Sequence record: OR532817.1
Strand: one strand, 5' to 3'
DNA: 64,000 nt
A model generated the notes under the pieces. It ran no database searches and was not told the DNA's origin. It saw nothing but the letters and a program-made list of their open reading frames with translations. Shown here piece after piece: positions 26,997-39,246 of this stretch. The position numbers and the translations under genes were made by a program. The stretch's first letter is position 1, and each line of letters begins with the position of its first letter.

Positions 26997-27893
26997 ATGA
27001 AAGAAGTTGATCTAAATGAACTAAGTGCTGAAATCATGGAAACATTATTTGATGAATCTGATATTGAGCAATCAAAAAATATTAAGAGTACAAAAGATAA
27101 TATCAGTCTCAAACATCCAACTGGTGTTACAAATGAAATGCTGTTAAATGAAATACATAATGGTATTAATGTAAAACAAAATCGTGAATTACTTATCCGT
27201 TATAATTATCCACTAGCAGTCAGTATTGCTAAACGTTGTAAATGTTATATTCCAGAAGAAGATAAAATTTCTTATGCAGTAGAGGGTCTTTTGAATTCAA
27301 TTCATAATTTTGATGTTACAAAAGGTGTATTATTCAGTACTTATGCCAGTGCTTCCATTTACATGACAGTGATGAACATGAGTAATGAACATAATAATTT
27401 AGTTTATATCCCACGCCATGTAAGTGTACATAATGTTAATATTCGTAAATTTGCAAATGAATACGAAAAGAAACACGGCAAAAAATGCAAACCTGAACTT
27501 ATTTCAAAAGAACTCGGAATTAATGTTGATACTGTTGAGTTGTGTTTGTCTTTCCAGGAAACCACATCTCTTGATACTCCAACTTCTGATGATAGTACTG
27601 CACTAATTGATACCATTGCCAGTGATTGTAACGTAGAACAAAATGACGTTGATAGTATTGTTCTGGAATTGATGAATGAACTAGAACCAAAAGAAAAGGA
27701 AATCCTTTCCAGAATTTATGGTTTGAATGGATATGCACCAGAAACCTATGATAGCTTGATTAGTACTGGATTTTATGATAAAAAGGGTAAACGTATTACT
27801 GTTCGCGGAACTTTACATTACAAATTCAGTACTGCACTTGAGAAACTAAAGCGTTTGGTTCGTCTAAAAGGATTAACTGCCAAAGATGTTTAA
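26997..27893 (+). CDS. RNA polymerase sigma70-family factor (divergent)
   Basis: Region 2 EGLLNSIHNFDVTKGVLFSTYA, region 3 ELISKELG..SLDTP, region 4 ELEPKEKEILSRIYGL. Confidence 0.85.
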   Translation: MKEVDLNELSAEIMETLFDESDIEQSKNIKSTKDNISLKHPTGVTNEMLLNEIHNGINVKQNRELLIRYNYPLAVSIAKRCKCYIPEEDKISYAVEGLLNSIHNFDVTKGVLFSTYASASIYMTVMNMSNEHNNLVYIPRHVSVHNVNIRKFANEYEKKHGKKCKPELISKELGINVDTVELCLSFQETTSLDTPTSDDSTALIDTIASDCNVEQNDVDSIVLELMNELEPKEKEILSRIYGLNGYAPETYDSLISTGFYDKKGKRITVRGTLHYKFSTALEKLKRLVRLKGLTAKDV

Positions 27894-27919
27894 ATTGATA
27901 TTTTTTCTTTATTAAATAC

Positions 27920-27948
27920 TTGAACAAAATTTTTTACAGTGATATAAT
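27920..27948 (+). promoter_or_regulatory. extended -10 promoter driving large ncRNA
   Basis: TTGAAC-17-TATAAT with TG extension. Confidence 0.7.
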
Positions 27949-27957
27949 GTTTGTAAT

Positions 27958-28580
27958 ACATGGATGTTGGACATTCTTTTTGAAAAGAACGTATGGATAA
28001 AAACCCGATTAGCCGAAAATGTAACGCTACGGATGAGTATAACCAACATATACGAGATGCAGAGGATACCCGAAAGGCGAGACGGCATCTAAAAGGATAG
28101 GAAATAGCACTGCCTATCCCAAGCTTACATTAGGCTTGATAGATCGCAAATCTGGTTGAGTCCAGACAAATAAAGAGTGTAAGGGAGATTATTTTCTTTT
28201 AGATATTTTGGAAATAATCACAGTATTGAATTGCTTGAATAGTTCGGTACTGAAGTGCAAGTATGTTTAAACTTGTGACCGTTGCATGTGACTGCGATAG
28301 GACGAAACAGGGCAACCCGCGTTCGTGTACCAAAAGGTATAATTCGCAATTCAAGGAATTTCGACAGCTACGAGCTTCAAGGCTTAGCTTTTTTATTTCT
28401 CTTCCCCTCCCTGTGGGGGGATGAAAATATCTCGTGCAAACGCCTTCAAGTATTGAAATTCACGAAGTGAATTGAAATTACTTGTTCTGTAGTCGAACGA
28501 CAGTGAGACGTGAGAACAAGTAATTTCTGCATGTATCAACGAAGTGCAAACGGAGTTGATACATAGCACTTTAAAACATT
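27958..28580 (+). ncRNA. candidate ~620-nt ornate structured RNA
   Basis: No credible ORF; helices AGATGC/GCATCT, GGATAGG/CCTATCC, TCTGG/CCAGA, long-range TTGAATTGC/GCAATTCAA, AATTACTTGTTCT/AGAACAAGTAATT, TGTATCAAC/GTTGATACA. Confidence 0.65.
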
Positions 28581-28612
28581 ATTGAATTCAATAATTAATA
28601 TTATTATGGTTA

Positions 28613-31241
28613 TTGAAGAAATCAAATCGGAGTACTGAAATGAACACTATTATTTTTTTGATTATACTGAGTACTGGAACAACTACTACGGTAATTAAAG
28701 AAATGCCTTCTTTGGTACAATGTAAAGTAATTATGAATTCCGTTTATACACAACAAAAAGAAAAGCAAAAAGAAACAAGTAAAACGGATTACTATTGTTT
28801 GAATTCAACAACCAACACTAAGTACTATCCAGATGAGTGAGTTCACATTTCTTTGTACTTTTTATTATTATACTTCTGCTACTTCAAAGAAGTATGTAAA
28901 AGAAGAAATAAACGTATATACCAGTTCAGTACAAAAAGCTATTTGCGAGATACATTTGTACTTAGTTTGTTGTGAAGTAATTGATATAGAATACATACCG
29001 TACAGGAATAAATCTAATGACTTTAAGACTAATTACTGAAGTAGATAAATCAGTAAGTGAATTATCAACTGAAGAATTGAATAAGTTGGACTGGAGTTCA
29101 GTCCCAAAATCACAACTTCTTTCTATTTCAGATGATCGTTTGATGAAATGTCCCATCGACATTTTAACCCAAAGTTATTCTTGTGATAACTATAGCAATG
29201 ATTTGTGTTTATATATACTCACTTCTAAAATAAAGAAGTGCAAAGATTTTCGAAATGGTTATGCATTATATCATCTATTAAGTAATTTTTTTAATCCAGA
29301 TTTTATCAAGAATAATAAAAAAGAAATTCTTGAAATGTTAAAACGACATGAAGAGATTCATAGTACTGTTACGTTTCCATCAGTTATTCAATACTTGATG
29401 AAACATGGAATCATTTCATTTTTTGATTTAAATATGACATTTGAAACAATCAATGACACATGGGATGCCTTGGAATCCGATATTCCACAAGAAGATTGGA
29501 TTAAATTAATCACACGTACAAATTACCTGTACTCAACACTCACTGAACACCATTCAATACAGAATAATGTAATACCATTAAGTACTGAAAACTTATGGAA
29601 ATGTGGGATTAAAATTAATCCAGTTGTTGATCTGTCGTGGGTTAAAAATGGCACATATGAATGTGATGATGATTATGTAGACATTTTACTGGAAGATTTA
29701 ATAGAACAATTAAATTGTACTTCAATCACATGGGATGAAGTGCTAGAAAAATTCAATACATATAAACTTGATAGGGACAACAATCCCCCTTATGGTGTTA
29801 ATTTTATCAGTACTGTATGGGAACATCACATAATTGACACAAAGTTTGAATTGAACAGAGATGATTTTTTCAAGAAAAATTTACATCTTTACAAAACTAT
29901 TGGATAAAAAGTCTTGACATGGAGTACTATTTGAGTAATAATACTCCTATCTTAATTTAATGAGGAAACACTGATGAAAACTCTATTACTTATTGTAGTC
30001 GTGGCTTTTGGTGCATGGTGGTTTTCTGAAAATTTCAGTATAACTTCAAAAAATGAACCACAACCTGTTCCACAAGAAGTACATACAGATTCTATTGGAA
30101 CTAAGGTTGATAAAATAATTAAAGTAATCACGGAATAAATGTTATGGGATTAGATGTAACTGAAGCTCAAAGAATATTAGAAAACCTCAGAGAAATTAAT
30201 TCAAAATTTGAACGTAATAATCTCTGTACTGAATGGGATAAAAAACTACCCAATAGATTTAGTGAAATCACTAATGAAATTTTATTCAGTACTGGTTTAG
30301 TTTGGATTGAACATACTTCTCTGTATAATGTTACATATCGCCATGAAGGTTATGTTGTTGAATACAATGAATATCTAGATCAGGGTATGAAAGTACTCAA
30401 AATGTGGAGTACTGTTTATAACGAGCTAGTAATTATCTGGATTAATGACAGTAATGGTGTTGACTTTGGTGATTTAGAAGAAAGCACTACTAAGGTAGCA
30501 CCGATTTTCGTTGGTTTGTCTGATAATATCATGTAAGTATTAAAAGAAAGGTTTTGACAATGAATGAAAAATTGGCTTTAATTTGGAAAAGTGGTTATGA
30601 CTTTAAAGTAACACCAAAGGAACTTAGAGTATTTCGTACTGAATACTGTGAGTATCTTGATTTAGACCAGTATAATACCATTGTTCGTATTGAACACAAT
30701 GGTGATGTTGAAGGTCATATCAGTGAAGTACTTGATAAAGCTATTTCAATTATTGGGGTAAAATGATGATTAGTTTTTATTTGGCAGTGATACTTATTAA
30801 TGGTAATATCGAACGAACACTAGGAAATGGGTTTTATAAAACCCCTGAAGAATGCTATACGGCGACAAATTGGCCTCGTGATAGTGAAACTCGTGAAGAA
30901 TTCAAATGCATCAAAGCTACTGGTGATTTTGTAAATTTCAAAGTGATTGAGGTAAAAAAATGATTCTTTCAAAAGAAGAACGTGATATTGTACTACACGC
31001 TTTATATTTTCTTGAGAATGAAAGTATGCATACGGATGCTTCTATGGCGTTGATTGAACGTCTTCAGAAAGAAGAAATGCCAAAGATTTATCGTATCCGT
31101 TATCTTGATGGGGCTGGTGGTGATCGTATTGCCATTGCTGAATCACGAGAAGAAGCAGAACAAATCTTCACTGATAATTATTTGAATCCTTTTTTGATGG
31201 AAGAAGTTTGTGAAGTGAAAAATGGTACATTTATTGGTTGA
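28613..31241 (+). other. hypothetical CDS run (28631..28840, 28833..29039, 29017..29907, 29974..30138, 30144..30536, 30554..30766, 30763..30963, 30960..31241)
   Basis: Coupled ORFs; 29974..30138 is a small membrane protein missing from the track. Confidence 0.55.
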
Positions 31242-31274
31242 CAGATAATAAAAATACGGTATAATGTTTATATC

Positions 31275-31337
31275 AAGACAAGAATGGTTCTATGTGTATC
31301 TGTGAATAAGCGGCAGTTCGATTCCCCTTCTTGTCTT
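31275..31337 (+). ncRNA. candidate promoter-proximal hairpin sRNA
   Basis: After TTGACA..TATAAT; AAGACAAGAA/TTCTTGTCTT; contains GTTCGATTCC; T-run follows. Confidence 0.45.
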
Positions 31338-31687
31338 GTCCTTTTTTAATTTAACAAAGTAACTATGTTTACTCCACATAATCAATCAGTTGTTATTGAG
31401 GTGCAGAAATGATTCTTTCTAATGAAGAACGTAAAATTGTTTTGCAAGCAATGAGTCTTGTGCATTTAACTACTGAACAAGAGAGAGATTTGTTTGCTCG
31501 TCTTAAAGTCGGCAATGATTTAATTGAACGCAAAAAAGCCAGTGCTGCTCGCCATAGTCGTTTCAAAGAGCATATGCATACATTATATGGTCCTCTGTCA
31601 CATTTACATAATCATGAATATTATGATTTTTGTAAAAAGAATGAATTTTGAGTGATAGTACCGAATCATTGAGATAGAATCTGTATC

Positions 31688-31768
31688 AAGACGGTAGCTC
31701 AAGGGAGAGCAGCAGGCAATAACGATAAGTTCACCTGTCAGCGTGGATTAAAACACCACCCGTCGTCA
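31688..31768 (+). ncRNA. tRNA-like RNA with 17-nt anticodon loop
   Basis: GACGG/CCGTC, D arm GCTC-AAGGGA-GAGC, GCAGG/CCTGT, GTGG/CCAC T-like arm. Confidence 0.55.
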
Positions 31769-32241
31769 TTTAATTTAATGAGGTATATTATGTTTACTCC
31801 AAACACATCAAATGTAGGTAAGCGTGTAGTACTGTTAGAAGATGTATCAACACTTCGTGGGACTTTCAGTAAAGGTCACGAGATGACCATCATCGGAGAA
31901 ACGTCACGTGGTTGGGATCTCGAAGATGATGATGGTAATCGCATTTTAGAAGCTGGGATGTTTGGTCATAAAGAATTTAAACTACTTGACTAAATTATTC
32001 AGTACTGAAGTATAATTTTGTTGTCTTAACGTGAGGAAATAAAATATGATTAAAGCTGGTGTATTTGCACTCGGTGTTATGGTTGGTGGTTTTGCTCATA
32101 TGCTTTATGTTGATCATAAAGCACCTGAACCTGCACCATTTGTTGAAGTACAAAAGTGATCTGTCGGTAAATAAAAATTAAATCATCAAGGTAATATACA
32201 TAGTGATTGACAAATAATAGCAGTGCTGCTAATATAAGAAC

Positions 32242-32309
32242 AAGACGGGGTGATAAATTAACATTAACCTTAATCGATCAACAGGTGGCTGCGGTTATCA
32301 TCCCGTCTT
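32242..32309 (+). ncRNA. candidate promoter-proximal hairpin sRNA
   Basis: AAGACGGGGTGATAA/TTATCATCCCGTCTT, then CCTTTTT. Confidence 0.45.
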
Positions 32310-32528
32310 TCCTTTTTAACAATGAGGTTTATCATGAGTAAAGATGTTCACGTTCCAGTACAAAATGGTATGTCAGCATGTGGTAAACGCGTGGATTTAA
32401 CTGGTTGGGTACGTTCAATGATCACTTGCAAAAAATGCAAAAAATCTCAAGAATATCTTGAACTACCTAAGTAAGTGAAGTATAATGTTTAACAAGTGGT
32501 GAGCTTTAGTGATACATCTATTGACGAT

Positions 32529-32618
32529 GCGGGTGTGAGGGTGGCTACCTCAGCAGTGGTGAATTATGTAGCAACTGTGCTGAAAGATGCTAAGACAGTT
32601 CGATTCTGTCCACCCGCC
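32529..32618 (+). ncRNA. tRNA-like RNA with 16-nt anticodon loop
   Basis: GCGGGTG/CACCCGC acceptor, TGAGG/CCTCA D-like arm, GCAGT/ACTGT, T arm GACAG-TTCGATT-CTGTC. Confidence 0.6.
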
Positions 32619-33020
32619 GCACTAAAGGTAGGGTACTAAGTACCAGAAACTAACACGAGGCAGTCGGAATATACGCCTACACCACAATTACTTTTAATTT
32701 AATTGAGGAACAAAACATGTCAAAATCACTTGTAAATAAAAACTCTCAAGGATTTGTAATTATTGATCTGAATCTTAACAGCGGGAGAATGTTCCAAAGT
32801 ACTGATGCATGTATGCAATTTGACTTCCTCGGTTATGAAATTAGTGTTAGTACTGGTAGCTCGGTACTACAAGGCGGTTTGCTTCAGGAAATTATGGTTA
32901 CTGATCCAGAAGAACGTCCTCACTTCATTCAGGGTTCGGTGCAGGATGCTATTATGTTTGTTATTCAGCGTGAACAAAATAGAAACTTTAATGAATTTAC
33001 CAATGCAATGAGTACTAAGA

Positions 33021-34111
33021 TTGAAGAAGTTTAAAGTTTATGTTAAGTACTTCACATTCTATAGTTTAGATCCAAATGATTTTCATCCAGGCTTTTATGA
33101 ATGTACTCTAATCAGGGATAACGAATGTGAAGTATTATATTTTATATATAAAATGTATAACAGAATAACTGTTTACAATCAAAGAACAAGAAATAGATAT
33201 CCAGGAGAATCCTTTTATTTCAACCAAACAATTATTGACTCATACAGTATAATTTGTACTGGTGAATATGATGAATAATATGTATTATCATTTTGAATTG
33301 AAATATATACTTCCCATATCAGACGATGATACAGAATGTGTCGCATATATACAAACTTGGGCATGTAATCCAACAGACGCAGTAATTAAAATTATAGAAG
33401 CTAATATTTTACCATGTAAAAATTCAAATTTTATATTAATAACATCAATTAAGTTAACTTAAAAAAAATGTCAGATTGTAAAAAATATATCATATCTGGA
33501 ACATATTCAATAAATTTCAAAGGTCTAAAAGAACAACAACAACAAAAAACATTCAATGTCATATTTTGTTCAACTAATCCTATTGAAGCATTGAATCAAT
33601 TAATTACGCAATACTATCTATACAGTACTCCATTTTATATATATATTATTGAATCTTATAAAATTGTGGAAATATAAAAATGAATTATTATACTTTTGCA
33701 TTGAAATATATTTCGGCATATTCTCCTAGTGTAGAAGGTAAATGTATTATAAAAGCACAAGGAACTAACCCAATTGAAGCCATTATGAAAATAATATCTA
33801 CTAATTCATTCCCTGATAAAAATTCAACGTTTGTACTAATTACTTCAATTGTCATTCAATGATAATTTGGATATAGTATGAATATATATACAGTAACTGG
33901 AATTCATATGGCTCAATTTACAGGAACATTTCCATTGATTGGTGGTGTTCCTGTAAATACAATTCCTAAAAAATTTAAATTCCGAATTTCAGCAGATAAT
34001 GAAGTACATGCGTATTATAAAGTTATAGAAAAATATAATGTTTATAATACCTGCAATTCTTTTTATATGATTTATGATGTTAAAGTTGACATTCATTATG
34101 CCATAGGATAG
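33021..34111 (+). repeat. tandem array of five 60-85 aa paralogous CDS
   Basis: 33262..33462 and 33680..33862 clearly homologous (F.LKYI...NP.(D/E)A..KII..N..P.KNS.F.LITSI); others share NP/NE..A. Confidence 0.65.
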
Positions 34112-34150
34112 AATAACCTCATTATATCTTAATCTAAAAGAGAAAATAAA

Positions 34151-34819
34151 ATGCTTGCTAATCTGAAATACATGGTCAGTACTGAAGCACGTGATGAAAA
34201 AGGTTGCTACATTAAATCCGAAACCAAAACATTTGATGATCTTGGTATGAGTGGTGTTTTTCATGAATGTCATTTCGATCCATATCACCCATTTTGGTCT
34301 AAACATCAGGAACCAGAGAAAGTACAAAATACTCGAATTTTTTGTGCATTACAAACAAATACACCTGGCATCATTGCGTCGTATAATGCGGATGATGTAA
34401 TCGACCACATGACGAATTATGAAGTAATCGATGAGCACCCAATGATTAGTCCAAGGGGTGAAGTTTATACACATCAAGATTTCTATTCAATGTTTAATGA
34501 AATGGAGAGGATCATTCTTCCCAGTGGTAAACAACGACCTGAATATATGAACTTGGTTGATTCTTATGGTGTAGCCGATAACATTGAGCAAATTCTTCGT
34601 AAGTATAAATCATTGTTAAATAGTCCAGATGAAGTTGTATTAACTATCCATCCAGTACTGAAAAAGGATCAACCAGAAAGTGGTGGCTGGCGTTGGCATA
34701 AATGGGGGTCATATATCGGCAATCACAAGATTAAGTGTGAATATTTGTATGATGAAGTTGGCATTGATAAAGTTTTGTGTTATAATTGGATCTACGTAAA
34801 ACCCAAAAAAGGAATCTAA
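34151..34819 (+). CDS. hypothetical protein, GWRWHKWG family
   Basis: SYGVADNIEQI...GWRWHKWGSYIG; paralog 47307..47939. Confidence 0.75.
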   Translation: MLANLKYMVSTEARDEKGCYIKSETKTFDDLGMSGVFHECHFDPYHPFWSKHQEPEKVQNTRIFCALQTNTPGIIASYNADDVIDHMTNYEVIDEHPMISPRGEVYTHQDFYSMFNEMERIILPSGKQRPEYMNLVDSYGVADNIEQILRKYKSLLNSPDEVVLTIHPVLKKDQPESGGWRWHKWGSYIGNHKIKCEYLYDEVGIDKVLCYNWIYVKPKKGI

Positions 34820-35104
34820 AAATGATTAATGTATTAGCATTGGTACTTATTTTGCTCTTTATTATGTTACCAACACTTATTTCTGTTACACGCAATACAG
34901 TAGAAACTTCACTACGTGTATTTTTACTTAACTTTATGTTATTGGTTACTTCAATCATTGTTCCTTACAGTGAATCACTTATTGATGGTATCAGTAACAT
35001 TTTACTTGTTTGGTCTTATTTGATTATGTTATCTTATATTCCAGACGAATCAGATCCAAAAGATTTAAGAAATGTTGTAAGATACGTGTGATTAAGGATT
35101 AATT

Positions 35105-35365
35105 GTGGCAAGTGGGTTTGTTGATGATGATGGTATAAACAATACCATAGAAAGCACAGTACTTAATGCTATTGATTTTGCAAGAAGTAATTTATATTCA
35201 GGTGAATCATTTAAGTACTGTACTGACTGCGGTGATGAAATACCAGAAAAACGTCGGTCAGTTCTTAATGGTGTAAAACGTTGTGTGAAATGTCAATCTA
35301 AGGTAGACAATTCATATAAAGAGTATTATAATAGACGTGGGTCAAAAGATTCACAATTACGTTAA
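35105..35365 (+). CDS. ybiI: DksA/TraR family C4 zinc-finger protein, YbiI-like
   Basis: MASGF..DD, C..CGDEIPE.RR....GV.RC..CQ, C-terminal YNRRGSKDSQLR. Confidence 0.9.
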   Translation: MASGFVDDDGINNTIESTVLNAIDFARSNLYSGESFKYCTDCGDEIPEKRRSVLNGVKRCVKCQSKVDNSYKEYYNRRGSKDSQLR

Positions 35366-35376
35366 AAGGAAACAAA

Positions 35377-36835
35377 ATGATTGGATTAATTTCGGTTGTA
35401 CTTACTATCCCATATATTATTATTGTGTGGGCGATGGTTTGCAGTTTGTTACAGGAAAATGGTTCACTGAAGGGGAGTAGATTTAATTATAAAGAAGATT
35501 TTCTATTAGATTCTAATACAGTGTCCTTACTATACAAAATCGTTTGGATTTGGTTAGGAGCTACAGTACTGAACTTCTTTTTCCCTGTATTTGGAATTGT
35601 ACTATATATTATTAATATTGTTATTATTCTGGTATCATTGTATTGGTTGTACGAATGTTACAAAGCTGGAAAATTCAAAGTTTGGTTTAATAAAAAATAA
35701 AAATTATAAATACCTTTGTATACTACCTACAAAGGTATTTTCTTTTTAGAGGATTTATTATGCATATAATACTAAGTTTAGTACTTAGTACTATTTTGCT
35801 ATCCTTTCTACCTGCCAGTGTATCAGCTAACAATGGTTCATTGTGCTTGTCTAATGATGGTGAATGGTACGAAGTACGTTCCGATCCTGATAATCCAAAT
35901 AACCTCACCATTGATGGTGAAGTCTTTTACATTCTACAACAACAAACCCACCTTAATAAAAAAGTCTTGACATTTAAAAGTACCAGTGGTACACTGGCAT
36001 TGTTAGTTCTGGTTGGTAATCCAGAAACTAAAAAGGTTTCAATTGACATGTTCCTCACATCTGAGATAAAATCAGTTAAAATTCAATGTAAATAAGGTAT
36101 AACAATGCTAGACAAAATTTTTGATATTTTGTTTTTAATTCCAGTTGTATCAACTGCTATTGTAGTTTTTACAATGCTTAGTTCAGTACTGATTGGTATC
36201 CTTTGTTTGGTAATGGGTAGTGATTCTGTATTGAGATTTAGTTCTAAATATTTTGTTTGGGGAGACGTGCCAGCATTTAATGCTACATTCGTCTCCTTTT
36301 TTCTTTTTATTTGTTCTCTCATGTTACATGAATTTGAATTGCTGAGTTCGATTTATATCGTAAGCTTCTATTCAATTTTTAGTATGTGTTGTCTGTGGTA
36401 CATGATCTACAGTATTGATGTTTGGTATACAAATTATGTTGAATATAAACACAAAAAAATGAGAATAAAAATATGAAAACTATTATATTCTTTGTATTAA
36501 TGATGATTTGTAGTATCAGTGCACGTGCAGAACTTATTGTTGATATGGTATGTGTTAGTAATGATGGGGAATATCATACTTATAAGGTAGACAGAGATAA
36601 CTTATTAACAATATTAATTGATAACATTCCATATGATTATGAAAAAAATACAACTATTGGTGATACTGATATTTCGAAATACACAAATACGAATAATAAA
36701 TCCGAATTGGCTTATATTTCAGTTGATGTATATGAAGATATGCGTACTAAACAACAATTTCCAGAAATTAAATTAGTACTAATGGAAAATGGTGCTAAAG
36801 TTGCTAAATTTGGAGGATTATGTCATGATAATTAA
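35377..36835 (+). other. alternating membrane proteins (35377..35700, 36105..36476) and signal-peptide paralogs (35760..36095, 36473..36835)
   Basis: C(L/V)SNDGE(W/Y) shared by the two exported proteins. Confidence 0.6.
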
Positions 36836-37107
36836 TTTATCAATTATGTATGACTCTTTTAATTTAGGAAAAAGTACTGAAAACATTTATTATTCTGGTG
36901 GTGCACATTTATTTTTTGAAGATCATAAAATACCATATAAATTAATTGAAATTAATAATACTGATCGTATTCAATATCATGAAGATAATAGTAAAGTTTG
37001 TGTTGAAATTAATACATTAGAAGAATTAATTAAATTCATGAAAAAATATAATTGTACTATTGAATTAAAATTTGATTATGGTATAATTCATTTCAAGTGA
37101 GATCCAA

Positions 37108-37638
37108 ATGAAGCACTGGTCATATAAAAAAAGGTTAAAGAAGAATAAATGGTATCCAAGATATGAATATATACCGTGGGTATTGAGTTTTGCTAGATTA
37201 TCTGCTTTATCTAAAAAATGTACTATTAATAAATTTCAAGTAAGTGATATAAGTACTAAAGGCGTATATAAAGTAAAAGTTAATCCAAATGATGAAATTG
37301 GTATTTGTTTATTGAATTATAATGAATTTAGTATTAACTATATATCTTCTGCGGTGAAATATTTAAATATACTAAGTACTAATTATGAATTTTCAGATTT
37401 TTTTACTGGAGGCCGCCGACGTATAATTTGTACTAAATCTTACGAAACTATTTCTAATGATATAGATTTTTCAAATTTAACTGAAGAGGAATATTTTCAG
37501 TACAGTACGTTATATGATAATCTTGATGATTTAGTTAAACTTAATACATTGTTTAAATGTATTGAAGAAAAAACCAAAGACAAATTTACATTAATGAATT
37601 TTCTACGTGGAATTCAGAAATTTGAGGCTGAACAATGA
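37108..37638 (+). CDS. hypothetical protein, FQxS-motif family
   Basis: EEEYFQYSTLYD. Confidence 0.7.
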   Translation: MKHWSYKKRLKKNKWYPRYEYIPWVLSFARLSALSKKCTINKFQVSDISTKGVYKVKVNPNDEIGICLLNYNEFSINYISSAVKYLNILSTNYEFSDFFTGGRRRIICTKSYETISNDIDFSNLTEEEYFQYSTLYDNLDDLVKLNTLFKCIEEKTKDKFTLMNFLRGIQKFEAEQ

Positions 37639-39202
37639 AAACGGTACTCGTTTATCGAGTTGAACTGTGTTTTACTGCTATCAGTATTAGTGGTATGAAT
37701 TATGCTCAACAAGGACCATATACTACATATGATGCATGGATGAGTAAGGACAATGGATATACACCGTGTTTAGTTTCATATGATCCAATAAATCAGCCTG
37801 AACCTGAAAATGATGGATTAGAACATACATTTGCAGTAATTTATGGATTTCGTGATAAAAACCAAATGTTTGATTGGTTTTGTTGTGATATTGTCTCTTT
37901 ACATTATGCTGGATTTGTGTTAAGCGTATATGAAGTACCAATTGAAGATGTAAATTATGGTAGAAAACAGTTGAATTTTTATCCAAATGAGAGTAGACTT
38001 ATCTCTGTTGAATCGTTGTTGGACATTGCAGAGGATTATTAATGAAAACTGTGACAATCAAAGAAATCCAAAATAATTGGCAAGATTTAATTGAATTTAA
38101 TTATTCATATGATGATTTCAAAAAAGATACCGTAGTACGAAATGCTTTAAATTCAGCATTTGGTTGTAAGTTAAAAGCAGCATTTAGTACTGTATATCCT
38201 GCTGTGACAGTTGATAAAACAGGCATCGATTTTGGTGCAGCACGTATTATTTTCATTACAGAGAAAGGTGATGTAAGAATGATCTCTTCTTCTGAATGGG
38301 GTGGTATCAGTACTAAATTAAATTAAAGGTATATTCCCATGAAACCAAATAATGTTATTGTTAATGTTCCTGAATTCCATAATGTCGTTGTGCAAGGAAA
38401 GGATTATATGACATTGGGATGTTGTGGATATGAATTGTTTACAGTACTAAAAGACCATAAACAAGATGATCGTCATCATGTTATTGTACAAAATACTGGA
38501 TATCTTTGTACTATTGATAATAGTCCAAATATGCTAGCAGAGAATCCAACAACAATTCAAAAATACTTAATTGAAAATCATGGTAATGACGCTGGTTTAT
38601 TCTCTTTCAGTGACATGACCGAAGAAGAAGCAAATGACTTTATTCCCCTTGATAAAAATAAAAATACACCTGTAGTATTTTTATACGAAGATGATGCATT
38701 CATTTATCGTGACAAACTTTATATTCTCATCAATGGAGAAGAAAAGTCTTTTCATGAAATCAGTGCTGATAAGAAATATGTTTTTACTGTAGTACTCAAT
38801 CGTATTAATGAAGTACTGATGGATTGATATTAAAAATGGTTGACATAAAGTCAACCATTTTGTTATTATACGCAATTAAGTCAATAAGGATTTATTTTAA
38901 TGAAAAATAAATTAGTGCTTACTATCATTTTTTTAATTCCATCAATCCCTTCATATGCAGGTAAATTGAGTGAGCCAGTTTGTGAAGTACGAGTATGTAA
39001 TAAAATTTCTCGTTTTTCTTTAGATATTATGTCACATATTAAAGATAAAATGGGTGAGAAATGTGATACGGTATTATTACCTAAATCAGAATCATATGTT
39101 GGTAATGTATTATCATCGGAAAGTCGTTGGTATCAAGGTAGTTCGATCAATCCGACAAAGAAATCTGTGACGAAAGTTGTAGAAGTGCTTGAATGTCAAT
39201 GA
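37635..39202 (+). other. hypothetical CDS (37635..38042, 38042..38326, 38339..38827, 38900..39202 exported, Cys-containing)
   Basis: Coupled ORFs with RBS. Confidence 0.55.
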
Positions 39203-39246
39203 TTAATAATTAAAGCCATTAAAAAGGTTGACTTCGGTCAGCCTTT

